Assembly (NCBI GenBank): GCA_001772615.1 | Contig: MEUZ01000003.1 | Span: forward strand, 286,433-350,432 | Reading direction: 5' to 3' | Source: a candidate division WWE3 bacterium RIFCSPHIGHO2_01_FULL_40_23 | Lineage (GTDB): Bacteria; Patescibacteriota; WWE3; UBA101185; 2-01-FULL-41-18 | Length of the DNA: 64,000 bases | Part shown: in pieces, positions 19,653-28,836 of the stretch | How the letters are laid out: the number at the start of each line of letters is the position of its first letter | How positions within the stretch are numbered: the first letter of the stretch is position 1 | Notes under the pieces: model-generated | Seen by the model: only the letters and a program-made list of their open reading frames with translations | Told to the model about the DNA's origin: nothing | Databases searched by the model: none | Made by a program: the position numbers and the translations under genes

Positions 19653-19681
19653 ATTCTAACAAATGGATTTTTACCCGTCAA
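19653..19681 (-). promoter_or_regulatory. sigma70-type promoter of the infA-alpha cluster
   Basis: TTGACG-17 nt-TAGAAT. Confidence 0.7.
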
Positions 19682-19734
19682 CAAGCTGAAAATCCAGCTA
19701 AACAATAACAAACTTGATAGAAAAACTATAAGAT

Positions 19735-20478
19735 CTAATCAAACAAGGTTAAAATCAAAGGACCGTCTTTTGTGACCGCAATGGTGTGTTCAAATAGCGC
19801 TGAAAGACTCCTGTCCTTGGTGATTATCGTCCACCCGTCTTTTTCATAATCAATTTCATAACTTCCCTTTTGATAAATTACTTCAAGAGCTAAAACCATG
19901 CCTTCTTTAAGAATAGGCCCCGTTCCAGCTTTTCCAAAACCCGGGACAAAAGGGTCTTCATGCAGTGACTTCCCAATCCCGTGCCCGACAAGATCTCTGC
20001 TTACCGTAAAATCTTTACCCTCTATAACTTTCTGAATAGCGTTAGAAATATCCCCGACTTTATTTCCGACTATGCACATACTAACAGCATCACTTAGTGC
20101 GAGCCTTCCCGCGGAAAGAAAGTCTTCCTGAACGTTTGTTTCTACCTCAACTGTATCCGATAAATCAGTATGAAAGCCTTTGTATAAAACACCTAGGTCT
20201 ACTTTTACAAGATCGCCTTTTTTTATAACCCTTTGATTTGGAATCCCGTGAACAACGCCTTCATTGACATTTATACAGGTTGTGAATTTATAGTTTTTAA
20301 CGGTCTTAAATGAGGGTTTTCCCTTATGATTTAAGATATATTCCTCAGCGATTTTATCAAGTTCAATTGTTTTTATGCCGGCTCTCACGTTTTTTAAAAC
20401 TTCTTTTAAAGCGCCCGCGGAGATCATTCCCCCCTCCCGCATCACTTTTAACTCTTCCTCCGTTTTTAGAGAGATCAT
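19735..20478 (-). CDS. map: Methionine aminopeptidase, type I
   Basis: VVHGIP, VDLG...HTD, GHGIG..LHE, FEHT. Confidence 0.96.
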   Translation of the reverse strand: MISLKTEEELKVMREGGMISAGALKEVLKNVRAGIKTIELDKIAEEYILNHKGKPSFKTVKNYKFTTCINVNEGVVHGIPNQRVIKKGDLVKVDLGVLYKGFHTDLSDTVEVETNVQEDFLSAGRLALSDAVSMCIVGNKVGDISNAIQKVIEGKDFTVSRDLVGHGIGKSLHEDPFVPGFGKAGTGPILKEGMVLALEVIYQKGSYEIDYEKDGWTIITKDRSLSALFEHTIAVTKDGPLILTLFD

Positions 20479-20506
20479 AAGGCCACTTTAGAGTATTTAA
20501 ACTAAT

Positions 20507-20534
20507 TTGCAAACACCTATATATTTGATACAAT
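20507..20534 (+). promoter_or_regulatory. sigma70-type promoter (extended -10)
   Basis: TTGCAA-16 nt-TACAAT preceded by TGn. Confidence 0.55.
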
Positions 20535-20647
20535 TTCTACTAACACTTTTTCAGAGGCCCATTAGAAAACATAAAAAGACCAGCCCTGGTCCGCCCTAAC
20601 TCAAAAGTGAGGGTAAGAAGAACCTGGCCTTAAGGAGAGAAACACAC

Positions 20648-20728
20648 ATGGATCCTGGTTTCAGCCGCAAGACCAATCGCCTTTATGATCACCCCTGCAC
20701 CGCGGCCAACGACAACGGCACCAGCTAG
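20648..20728 (+). CDS. Putative 26-aa peptide MDPGFSRKTNRLYDHPCTAANDNGTS
   Basis: TAAGGAGAGA SD-like element upstream; lies between a promoter and a terminator. Confidence 0.4.
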   Translation: MDPGFSRKTNRLYDHPCTAANDNGTS

Positions 20729-20783
20729 CGCGCCGGCCGGGCCCTAAGGGTTGTAAATGAACACAACCCCCCAAAGGCCAACA

Positions 20784-20825
20784 AACCCTCGGTTCTTGCG
20801 ACCAATGAACCGGGGGTTCCCTTTT
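20784..20825 (+). terminator. Intrinsic terminator-like hairpin
   Basis: aaccctcggttc / gaaccgggggtt stem followed by ccctttt. Confidence 0.55.
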
Positions 20826-20860
20826 CCCATTTCACATTGAAACTTAAAATGTACCTTCTC

Positions 20861-20951
20861 TGTCATCCCGGACCTGCCTGTCGTAGACAGGCACATGATC
20901 CGAGATCTCCACAAAAGATCCAACGGGATCCCTGCTTTCGCAGGGATGACA
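20861..20951. repeat. TGTCAT-tagged REP-like dimer with nested palindrome
   Basis: tgtcatcccggac[ctgcctgtcgtagacaggcac]atgatccgagatc...ggatccctgctttcgcagggatgaca. Confidence 0.75.
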
Positions 20952-21022
20952 TGAGAGCATTTGATCAGGATCAAAATTTGTAGAACAATGCTTTCACATC
21001 AATAAGATAAGGAGAGATCCTC

Positions 21023-21250
21023 ATGAAAACCATCCTTCTAGCAGAGTTTGATAGGAGTTTTGATCTGCAGAAGCTCAAAGAAATCAAAAGAATACCTCAT
21101 GTGCAATCTGCTGAGGTAGTCACCGGGCGGATTGATCTGGTGATTGTGATCATGGCAAGAACCGACGACCAAATTTCCGCAACCGTGCAAAAGATCAGGA
21201 AAATAAAAGGTATTAGATCAATATCAAGTCATGTAGTTCTAAAAATCTGA
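21023..21250 (+). CDS. Stand-alone Lrp/AsnC ligand-binding (RAM) domain protein
   Basis: V..AEVVTGRIDLVI...IRKIKGIRSISS pattern; no HTH; SD AAGGAGAG. Confidence 0.8.
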   Translation: MKTILLAEFDRSFDLQKLKEIKRIPHVQSAEVVTGRIDLVIVIMARTDDQISATVQKIRKIKGIRSISSHVVLKI

Positions 21251-21256
21251 CCCACC

Positions 21257-21290
21257 TCCAGGCTCGTTTTACAAACAGCCTGGATTTTTT
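21257..21290 (+). terminator. Intrinsic terminator
   Basis: tccaggct / agcctgga stem plus T6. Confidence 0.7.
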
Positions 21291-22158
21291 ATCTTGCTCC
21301 TACAATTCCGGACAAATCAAGAATGTTGCTTTCACTACCCATAACCGTCGGGAGCTTGCCATCCCATTTTTCAATCCACATCTTCCTTAAAAGTTCATTA
21401 GTTATTGACGCCCTCAAAAGCTCCTGTTCCCTTGCCATACCTTCCGCCTGGGTTATTCTGGCCTCTTTTTGAAACTTTGCCTGTTCGGCTCTATTCTTTT
21501 CGGTTTCAACCCTTACTGCCTCAATCTGCTTAGCCTCAATCGCCTGAATGTATTGAGGGGTAAACTTAATTTCCCTTATCCCAACCTCATCAAGAATAAT
21601 GCCGTTCTCCTCAAAGGAAGGCTTAAGCTGACTTTCCACTCTATTCTGAACCTCAAGAACGTTTCCCGTATAAAGGTCCGCCGCCTCAAATTCTCTGGTT
21701 ACATTCCTTGTCCATATTCTTGAGTCGGTTTTAACTATCTTCTCTACAAGGTCATCCTCCGAACCGATATTTTGAGCCACCCAAGTTGCCTTTTTAGGAT
21801 CAATGCTAAATCTTACCGTATAAAAGATATCAACCTGTTGTCCATCTTTGGTGTTCGTGTCAACCGGATAGTCTTTATAATCCGCTCTTGACCCCTGCTG
21901 TTTCTCAACGGTTGTAGTCTCATATATTACTTTTTTGGTGTTGTACCTAAGAGTTGATTCCGCAATAGGTAAAATAAAACTGGCTCCCGGATGCAAAACT
22001 CTTCCCGTTACCCGTCCAAATCTTGTCACGACTTCAACGGTTCCAGGCTGCACCATTTTTAACGAGGACAAAATAACAATTAAAAGAACCGCGGAAAGAA
22101 AAATGGACCCAAAAGACTTTGCTGCTTTTGCACCAAACGATTCAAATGTTACAACCAC
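21289..22158 (-). CDS. SPFH/prohibitin family membrane protein
   Basis: N-terminal TM, VVTRFG, TKDGQ.V, AIEAKQ, WIEKWDGKLP. Confidence 0.9.
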   Translation of the reverse strand: MVVTFESFGAKAAKSFGSIFLSAVLLIVILSSLKMVQPGTVEVVTRFGRVTGRVLHPGASFILPIAESTLRYNTKKVIYETTTVEKQQGSRADYKDYPVDTNTKDGQQVDIFYTVRFSIDPKKATWVAQNIGSEDDLVEKIVKTDSRIWTRNVTREFEAADLYTGNVLEVQNRVESQLKPSFEENGIILDEVGIREIKFTPQYIQAIEAKQIEAVRVETEKNRAEQAKFQKEARITQAEGMAREQELLRASITNELLRKMWIEKWDGKLPTVMGSESNILDLSGIVGAR

Positions 22159-22159
22159 T

Positions 22160-22717
22160 TTACTTCACCTCCTTTAACCTGTTCATTATGTCAAGGAAAA
22201 TTTCCTCAATAGACCTCTCTCCATCTACATCCTCCACAATACCTTTGGCTTTAAAATACTCTATCACCGGACCTGTTTTTAAATCATGCTCCGAAAGGCG
22301 TTTTAAAACCGCTTCCGGTGCTTCATCCGATCTATGCTCTAAATCAACTCTCTTCTGAATTCTTTTCATATATTCGTCAGGGCTCACAATCAAATTAAAG
22401 ACCTTATCAAGCTTGATATTTAATTCCTCCTCCATAAACGGGATCTGATCCACCGTTCTTGGAAAACCCGTGAAAACAAAACCTTTGTTCGCGTCACACC
22501 GGTTCTTAACATATTCTTTTATAATCTGAAAATAAATTTCTTCGGGGACATACTCGCCGCGGTCCATATATTCCTTCGCTTTCATACCCATTTCAGTCTC
22601 GGAGCTTTCTCTTAGCATTGCCCCGCTGTCAAGGAAATTTAAATTTAATTTTTTTGCGATAAGTTTAGCTTGTGTGCTTTTACCCGACCCCTGCGGCCCG
22701 CTTACAAGTATATGCAT
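22160..22717 (-). CDS. adk: Adenylate kinase family NMP kinase (copy 2, short LID)
   Basis: GPQGSGKSTQ, GFPRT, RSDE. Confidence 0.85.
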   Translation of the reverse strand: MHILVSGPQGSGKSTQAKLIAKKLNLNFLDSGAMLRESSETEMGMKAKEYMDRGEYVPEEIYFQIIKEYVKNRCDANKGFVFTGFPRTVDQIPFMEEELNIKLDKVFNLIVSPDEYMKRIQKRVDLEHRSDEAPEAVLKRLSEHDLKTGPVIEYFKAKGIVEDVDGERSIEEIFLDIMNRLKEVK

Positions 22718-22757
22718 AAATTATTATAGGCACCAATAAAAAGAAATGTCCAAAGCA

Positions 22758-23291
22758 CTATGAAGCATTCATATGGGAAGTAATTTGATTAAACACATCT
22801 TCTTTGTCTTTTTCGCCGTCAATTTCTACAAGTCTTCCAAGTCCTCTGTAATAATCCAAAACTTTTGACGTTTTCTCATGGTACCAGGAAAGCCTGTTCT
22901 TAATTCCTTCTGGGGTGTCATCAACCCTTCCTCTTGCCCTTAATCTATTCACAGCAGTTTTATCAGAAATATTAATAAAAAACACGTTACTCACATAGGG
23001 GTCATACATATACAGCTGTTCTATTGAGCGGGGATATCCGTCAAGAACATACCCATTTCTACAATCATTCATTGAGAGCCTTAACTTTAAAATTTCAGAT
23101 GCATACTCGTCGGGGACAAGCTTTCCCTCCTTCATAAGCGAACAGGCTTGTCTGTTAAAATCGGCTTCCACTTTGCAGGATTCTCTGATCAGATCGCCTA
23201 TATCTATAAGAGGTGCGTTGAGCCAATTCGCAAGAAGTTTTGCCTGCGTCGTCTTTCCGCTTCCCTGCGGCCCAAGAATTGTTATTTTCAC
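22758..23291 (-). CDS. adk: Adenylate kinase (copy 1, short LID)
   Basis: GPQGSGKTTQ, LDGYPRS, RGRVDD. Confidence 0.9.
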   Translation of the reverse strand: MKITILGPQGSGKTTQAKLLANWLNAPLIDIGDLIRESCKVEADFNRQACSLMKEGKLVPDEYASEILKLRLSMNDCRNGYVLDGYPRSIEQLYMYDPYVSNVFFINISDKTAVNRLRARGRVDDTPEGIKNRLSWYHEKTSKVLDYYRGLGRLVEIDGEKDKEDVFNQITSHMNAS

Positions 23292-23329
23292 TTTTTTATT
23301 ATATATCTAAACTATCGCGGATTGTTTTG

Positions 23330-23344
23330 TGTCATCCTGAACCC
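23330..23344 (+). repeat. Partial TGTCAT-tagged element
   Basis: tgtcatcctgaac matches the reverse complement of gttcaggatgaca at 6472-6484. Confidence 0.4.
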
Positions 23345-23401
23345 TTTTGGACAACCAATTTTAATAATAGTAATATAGAACAATCCCAAAGGAGTTCTAA
23401 C

Positions 23402-23548
23402 ATGTCCATGCAAAAAGCGGATTTTGAAGAAAACGATCCCGAAACAATGCGCTTGAGAAGGCAATTCATGACCTGGGTGATGATAATCTTCGCTATCGCA
23501 CTGGCGGGGATCATAACCCTTGCCATCCTCCCAATGTTTCTGTACTAG
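23402..23548 (+). CDS. Small single-TM protein (48 aa)
   Basis: AAAGGAG SD before ATG 23402; C-terminal hydrophobic helix; terminator follows. Confidence 0.65.
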   Translation: MSMQKADFEENDPETMRLRRQFMTWVMIIFAIALAGIITLAILPMFLY

Positions 23549-23557
23549 AACCAGACC

Positions 23558-23588
23558 AAACCGCTGTTTGCCAAAACGGCGGTTTTTT
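23558..23588 (+). terminator. Intrinsic terminator (possibly bidirectional)
   Basis: aaaccgctgttt / aaacggcggttt stem plus T-run. Confidence 0.7.
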
Positions 23589-23853
23589 ACAATCCCGGAA
23601 TACCAAGATCCGAAAGCTGGCCTTTCATTTTCTTGGCCACCTTTTTCTGAACCTCTTTTAAAGCGTCATTAATCACATCTTTTAACCTTTTATCCTCAAC
23701 ACCGTCCACTTCAATCTTTTCTATATGGTTATCCCCTCTTACAACAAGCTTAATACCTCTATTTTCATACTCTACAAAGATCTGCTCCATTTCTTTTTTC
23801 ATAGAGTCGGCTTGCTTTTTTAAATTGTAGAGATCTTTCATTTTGTCAAACAT
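23587..23853 (-). CDS. YbaB/EbfC nucleoid-associated protein
   Basis: KKQADSMKKEM...VVRGD...INDALKEVQK...LGIPGL. Confidence 0.85.
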   Translation of the reverse strand: MFDKMKDLYNLKKQADSMKKEMEQIFVEYENRGIKLVVRGDNHIEKIEVDGVEDKRLKDVINDALKEVQKKVAKKMKGQLSDLGIPGL

Positions 23854-23874
23854 AAAATATTCCTAGAAACATCA

Positions 23875-25146
23875 CTACTCCAAAAAAGACTCGTAGTTTC
23901 TTGTCTCCATCATTGATTCTATTTGCCTTAAGGTTTCTAAAACTACTGAAACAACAATTAAAAGCCCCGTGCCGCCGACCGTAAGCGTAGTCACGTTTGT
24001 AAAATTCTGAACCACTGAAGGAAGAACTGCAATTGCCCCAAGGAAAAGCGCGCCTGCAAGCGTAATTCTTGTTATAACTTTATTTAAATATTCCGCGGTT
24101 GGCTTGCCGGGCCTTACACCGGGTATAAAACCACCGCCCTTTTTAATATCCTCGGCAATTTTTTCAGGGTTAAACTGAACGGCTGTATAAAAATATGTAA
24201 ACCCAACGACAAGAACAAAATAAGTAACATTGTACCAAAAAGACGCTGTAGAAAAATTAGAAGACAAAAATAAAGCCGCCTTTTGTACAATCGGATTTGA
24301 AACATTTTGAAAATATCTTCCAATAACCGATGGGAGAAGAACTAATGAAACCGCAAAAATTATAGGAATAACCCCCGCCTGATTTACTTTCAAAGGAAGG
24401 TAATTAGTACCGCTCTGATAAGCTCCCTTTACCCTTCTTGCGTATTCAATCGGAACATTTCGCGTACCTTCATTAATAACAACGACCCCCGCTATAACGA
24501 GTATCGCTATTCCAAGAAAAATGAGAATATTTGTAATTCCCTGGCTGGTTACGGTTGAATATGTTTGGGTAAAACTAGTCGGAAGACTTGAAACAATACC
24601 TACAAATATAAGCATGGAAATACCCTGGCCGACACCATATTCTGTAATGAGCTCTCCAATCCACATAAGAAGGAGAGTTCCCGCAGTCATGGTTAAAACC
24701 ATAGTAACTATTTCCAAAACCTTTAAAGATCCCATAATACCCTGGCTCTTTAAAAGAAAGTAAACGCTGTAAGATTGTATAAACGCAAGAGGCACGGTCA
24801 AAAACCTTGTGTACTGATTAATCTGCTCCCGGCCCGCTTCCCCTTCTTTTGAAAGCTCTTCAAGAGATGGGAAAACCATAGTTAAAAGCTGCATGATGAT
24901 TGAAGCGTTAATATAAGGGTTTAGTCCAAGCGTTACAACTGAAAAGTTGCTTAAACCCCCGCCACTGAATAAATTTAAAAGTCCTAAAAAACCGTTTGAT
25001 TCCAGGAGAGCTCTTAAAGAAACAAGATCAACACCAGGAATAGGTACATGGGATAAAACTCTAAAAACCACAATTATAAAAAGGGTGAATAAAATTTTCT
25101 TTCTTAGTTCGGGAAGCCTCCATGCCCCCCTGATAGATGAAAGCAT
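23875..25146 (-). CDS. secY: Preprotein translocase SecY
   Basis: LGLNPYINASII, GQGISMLIF, FIPGVRPG, GGTGLLIVV. Confidence 0.97.
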   Translation of the reverse strand: MLSSIRGAWRLPELRKKILFTLFIIVVFRVLSHVPIPGVDLVSLRALLESNGFLGLLNLFSGGGLSNFSVVTLGLNPYINASIIMQLLTMVFPSLEELSKEGEAGREQINQYTRFLTVPLAFIQSYSVYFLLKSQGIMGSLKVLEIVTMVLTMTAGTLLLMWIGELITEYGVGQGISMLIFVGIVSSLPTSFTQTYSTVTSQGITNILIFLGIAILVIAGVVVINEGTRNVPIEYARRVKGAYQSGTNYLPLKVNQAGVIPIIFAVSLVLLPSVIGRYFQNVSNPIVQKAALFLSSNFSTASFWYNVTYFVLVVGFTYFYTAVQFNPEKIAEDIKKGGGFIPGVRPGKPTAEYLNKVITRITLAGALFLGAIAVLPSVVQNFTNVTTLTVGGTGLLIVVSVVLETLRQIESMMETRNYESFLE

Positions 25147-25151
25147 ATAAG

Positions 25152-25595
25152 CTATTTAGCCTCCCCTGAAAGTTTGGTTATTTTCTCCAAAGCGCTTTTT
25201 GAATAAGTAAAGCCTTCCAGAATAACCTTCTTTGTAAGTGTACCGCTTCCTAAAACTTTAACTCCTCCTTCAGGAACCCTTTTTACCAAATTTAACTCTA
25301 CCAGAGAAAAAGGCGTTATCTTTTTACCCTCCGAGATTCTTTCAAGATCCGAAAGGTTGATGATAAAACGTGAAATTCTGTGAGAGCTGACGAAGCCTTT
25401 TCTTTTTGGCATTTTCATATATAAAGGCACCTGACCACCTTCAAACCCGACAGGAAGGTTATAACCCGTTCTTGCCTTTTGGCCCTTTTGACCTCTTCCG
25501 GTTGTATGTGAACCTTTGCCGCTTCCAATGCCGCGGCCTACCCTTTTCGCTCTTTTGTGAAGTCCTTTTAATTTTGGGAGTCTTCCTAAATCCAT
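25152..25595 (-). CDS. rplO: 50S ribosomal protein uL15
   Basis: RVGRGIGSGKG, FEGGQVPL. Confidence 0.97.
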   Translation of the reverse strand: MDLGRLPKLKGLHKRAKRVGRGIGSGKGSHTTGRGQKGQKARTGYNLPVGFEGGQVPLYMKMPKRKGFVSSHRISRFIINLSDLERISEGKKITPFSLVELNLVKRVPEGGVKVLGSGTLTKKVILEGFTYSKSALEKITKLSGEAK

Positions 25596-25597
25596 AA

Positions 25598-26041
25598 TTA
25601 CCCCTTTAACTTTTCCAAAGCTTTAATTGTAGCCTCTACGTTTGAAAGTTTATTACTTGAACCAAACATCTTGGCTGAAATATCTTTAATACCGGCAAGC
25701 TCTAAAATCTGCCTGACCGTTCCCCCCGCTATTAAACCTGTACCTTTAGGCGCGGGTTTTAAATAAACTTCGGCAGCGTTTGATTTACATACTACCTCAT
25801 GCGCAATCGTATCTCCCTTTCTTTTAATAAAGTGAAGATTCTTTTTGGCTCCCGTAACAGCTTTGGAGATAGCCTGGCTTACATCCTTTGCTCTTCCGTG
25901 GGCAAAGCCCACTCTTCCATTCCGATCACCTATTGCAACAAGAGCCGAAAAGCTTATCTTTCCTCCACCCTTGGTTTTTTTTGAAACCCTGTTTAATTGT
26001 ATTACTTTTTCTTCAAACTCTTTTTGAACGTATCCTTCCAT
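25598..26041 (-). CDS. rpsE: 30S ribosomal protein uS5
   Basis: RVSKKTKGG, PAPKGTGLIAGG. Confidence 0.97.
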   Translation of the reverse strand: MEGYVQKEFEEKVIQLNRVSKKTKGGGKISFSALVAIGDRNGRVGFAHGRAKDVSQAISKAVTGAKKNLHFIKRKGDTIAHEVVCKSNAAEVYLKPAPKGTGLIAGGTVRQILELAGIKDISAKMFGSSNKLSNVEATIKALEKLKG

Positions 26042-26047
26042 ATATCC

Positions 26048-26392
26048 TTAAAATTTTAAACCACCTTTCCTTGCCCCCTCGGCAAGAGATTTAACTCTCC
26101 CGTGGTATTTGTAACTTCCTCTGTCAAATATAACCTCTTTAATACCTTTTTTTAAAGCATTCTCGGAAAGCTTTACTCCTGCCTCAAAAGCTCTTTTGGT
26201 TTTAGTGCCTTTTAAATTTGAGTCTGAAACAGTAATCAAAGTATTGCCTGTTCTGTTATCAATTATTTGAGCATAAATATATTTATTTGATCTAAACACG
26301 GAAAGTCTTGCCTTATCTTTAAAGCTTTTTATTTTGGACCTTGACCTTATTTGCCTTCTTTGTCTGTTAGATTTATAAAGTTTGACTTTCAT
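26048..26392 (-). CDS. rplR: 50S ribosomal protein uL18
   Basis: [14 protein letters not shown]; [12 protein letters not shown]. Confidence 0.97.
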   Translation of the reverse strand: MKVKLYKSNRQRRQIRSRSKIKSFKDKARLSVFRSNKYIYAQIIDNRTGNTLITVSDSNLKGTKTKRAFEAGVKLSENALKKGIKEVIFDRGSYKYHGRVKSLAEGARKGGLKF

Positions 26393-26937
26393 TAGACAGC
26401 CTTTACTCCGGTTTTTCCGGCCTTCCTTCTTACATATTCATTAACATACCTTATCCCTTTTCCTTTATAAGGCTCGGGCGGCCTTACGTTTCTGATCTTT
26501 GCCGCAGTCAACCCAACAAGCGACTTGTCGGCTCCCGCAACCGAAATTTTGGTACTCTCGTCAACATTTAAAGTTATCCCCTCTGGAGCCGTAAATTCCA
26601 CGGGATGTGAATAACCTATGTTTATAACAAGGTCATTTCCTTTTTTAGAAGCTCTATACCCAACTCCCACAATCTCAAGGTCCTTTCTATATCCTTCGGT
26701 CACTCCTTTTACCATACCTGAAACAAGAGATCTATATAATCCCCAACTTGCCCTTGTTTGTCTTTCGTCATCTTTAGCTTTAAATAAAACCTCACCGTCT
26801 TTGACCGCTACATCTATCCTTCCCTTAATCTCTTGTGAAAGTTCCCCTTTCGGACCTTTAACTCTCACAATGCCGGGATCAATAGTAATCGTAACTCCAT
26901 TAGGTATTTTAATAGGTGTTTTTCCAATTCTTGACAT
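26392..26937 (-). CDS. rplF: 50S ribosomal protein uL6
   Basis: MSRIGK; [11 protein letters not shown]. Confidence 0.97.
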   Translation of the reverse strand: MSRIGKTPIKIPNGVTITIDPGIVRVKGPKGELSQEIKGRIDVAVKDGEVLFKAKDDERQTRASWGLYRSLVSGMVKGVTEGYRKDLEIVGVGYRASKKGNDLVINIGYSHPVEFTAPEGITLNVDESTKISVAGADKSLVGLTAAKIRNVRPPEPYKGKGIRYVNEYVRRKAGKTGVKAV

Positions 26938-26943
26938 AATTTC

Positions 26944-27351
26944 CTACAAAACTATACAAATAACTTCCCCTCCGAGTTTTCTCTTTCTTGCTTCTAGTCC
27001 ATCCATAATTCCCCTTGAGGTAGAAAATATTGAAATCCCAAAACCTGAAGCCACAGCCTTTATCTTATCTTTTGATTGATATACTCTTCTTCCCGGCTTT
27101 GACACTCTTGTAATATTAGAAATCCTTGAAACCCCGTCCTCATACTTTAAATCAATATGAATCATTTTATGCGGTGATCCTTCCTTTTTAAAAACTTTCA
27201 CGCCTTCCACAAATCCCTTTTCCTTCATCACATCAAGAATTCTCTCGTTTATTTTGGTGTATGGAAGTTCAACGAACTTCCTCTTTGCCATTGACGAGTT
27301 TTTAATGGAACTTAACATTGCCGAAATTGTATCTTTTGACATACCTCTCAT
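26944..27351 (-). CDS. rpsH: 30S ribosomal protein uS8
   Basis: RVSKPGRRVY; STSRG; GGEVIC. Confidence 0.96.
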   Translation of the reverse strand: MRGMSKDTISAMLSSIKNSSMAKRKFVELPYTKINERILDVMKEKGFVEGVKVFKKEGSPHKMIHIDLKYEDGVSRISNITRVSKPGRRVYQSKDKIKAVASGFGISIFSTSRGIMDGLEARKRKLGGEVICIVL

Positions 27352-27356
27352 ACTGC

Positions 27357-27542
27357 CTACCAGCTTGCCTTTCTAACCCCTGAAAGCTCACCCTTTAAAG
27401 CAAGCTCCCTGAAACAAATTCTGCACAAGCCAAATCGTCTTAAATATCCTCTTGGACGACCGCAGATCTGGCATCTGTTTCTTTTCCTGACTTTATACTT
27501 AGGTTCTTTTTTAGATTTAATAATTAACGCTTTTTTAGCCAT
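27357..27542 (-). CDS. rpsN: 30S ribosomal protein uS14 (Zn-binding type)
   Basis: CQICGRPR...LCRICFRE...KASW. Confidence 0.97.
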   Translation of the reverse strand: MAKKALIIKSKKEPKYKVRKRNRCQICGRPRGYLRRFGLCRICFRELALKGELSGVRKASW

Positions 27543-27547
27543 ATAAC

Positions 27548-28090
27548 CTACTTTTCAAAAGGCATTCCAAGTTTTGATAAAAGTAAATACGTTTCCTCGT
27601 TGCTGCCTCCTGAAGTAGCTATTGTAACTTCAAGGCTTTTTATTTTATCAACAGTGTTTGGGTTTATTTCAGGAAACACTGTATGCTCTTTAAGCCCAAG
27701 AGTGTAGTTTCCGTTCCCATCAAAAGCTTTTTTTGAAACGCCTCTGAAATCCCTGACCCTTGGAAGCACAATATTTAAAAGTTTATCAAGAAATACCCAC
27801 ATTTTATCTCCCCTTAAAGTTGCACTCATCCCGATCACATCCCCCTGCCTCACCTTAAAATTGGAAATTGACTTTTTGGCGCTTCTTAATCTTGGCTTCT
27901 GTCCGCAGATAAGTGCAAACTCTTTTTCACACGTAGCAATAAGCCCTTTGTCATCTTTAAATCTGCCGATACCCATATTAACAACAACTTTTTTAATCTT
28001 TGGAAGGGACATATGGTTTTTCCTTCCAAGTTCTTTTGAAAGCTCCTTTAATATTTGATTTTTATACTTTTCTTTAAGTCTTGCTTCCAT
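27548..28090 (-). CDS. rplE: 50S ribosomal protein uL5
   Basis: VVVNMGIG; LPRVRDFRG; FDGNGNY. Confidence 0.97.
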   Translation of the reverse strand: MEARLKEKYKNQILKELSKELGRKNHMSLPKIKKVVVNMGIGRFKDDKGLIATCEKEFALICGQKPRLRSAKKSISNFKVRQGDVIGMSATLRGDKMWVFLDKLLNIVLPRVRDFRGVSKKAFDGNGNYTLGLKEHTVFPEINPNTVDKIKSLEVTIATSGGSNEETYLLLSKLGMPFEK

Positions 28091-28101
28091 AAAATTCCAA
28101 A

Positions 28102-28836
28102 CTATCCTGCTTTAAGCTTAAGCTCCTGCCTGATCTTTTCATACATCAATATCCCGCAGGCAACGCTTAAATTAAGCGATTGAATATCATTTCTCATAGG
28201 CACGCGCACAACTATATCGCATTTATCTATGATGGGCAAAGACAAAGCTGAATCTTCGCCTCCTAAAACAAGGGCTAAAGGGCCGGTAAGATCCTCATCA
28301 AAGTAGTCTTTTGTTCCCGTAGTCTCAACACCCACAATCTTTATGCCTGCCCTTTTTATAACGGTAAGGGCTGACAATATGCTTTCCGTACAAACCTTTA
28401 CAACATTACTTGCCCCCATGGAAACTCTCTCAACAACAGGCGTTAAAACCTCTCTGCCCGAAGAGGGTACAACAACTGCGGTGGCTCCCGAAGCTGCCGC
28501 GCTTCTTAAAATCGCTCCAAGGTTATGCTCATATAGAACCTCTTTAATCACAACCAAAAAAGGATTTCTAACGCTTTTTATTACCTCCGAAACGGTGTAA
28601 GTCTTAACACCTTCGGCTAACGCAATAACTCCTTGATGAGAGTCAGTTTTTGATATGTTATCAAGATAACCTCTTTCAACCATTGAGAGCTTCACATGCT
28701 TTCTTTCCGAAAGGTTTATAAGACCCTCTACCTTATCTCCTTTGGCCCCTTTGTCTAAAAATATTTCAAAGATCTTTCTTCCCCTGGTGAGCGCTTCAAT
28801 AACAACGTTTCGCCCTTCAAGATTCACAGTGTTCAT
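28102..28836 (-). CDS. rlmB: SPOUT 2'-O-methyltransferase, RlmB/TrmH family
   Basis: EGRNVVIEAL, HQGVIA, HNLGAILRSA, SLNLSVA; ATG at 28834-28836 overlaps the rplX stop. Confidence 0.85.
   Translation of the reverse strand: MNTVNLEGRNVVIEALTRGRKIFEIFLDKGAKGDKVEGLINLSERKHVKLSMVERGYLDNISKTDSHQGVIALAEGVKTYTVSEVIKSVRNPFLVVIKEVLYEHNLGAILRSAAASGATAVVVPSSGREVLTPVVERVSMGASNVVKVCTESILSALTVIKRAGIKIVGVETTGTKDYFDEDLTGPLALVLGGEDSALSLPIIDKCDIVVRVPMRNDIQSLNLSVACGILMYEKIRQELKLKAG

Noticed and set aside
20700-20728. ANDN codons suggesting a tmRNA tag
   Set aside because: No tRNA-like acceptor, T-arm or CCA end, no typical resume-codon context, and the frame ends GTS rather than AA
20744-20974. 76-aa minus ORF containing VIPAKAGI
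   Set aside because: It is a translation of the REP-like palindromes and terminator, not a credible gene
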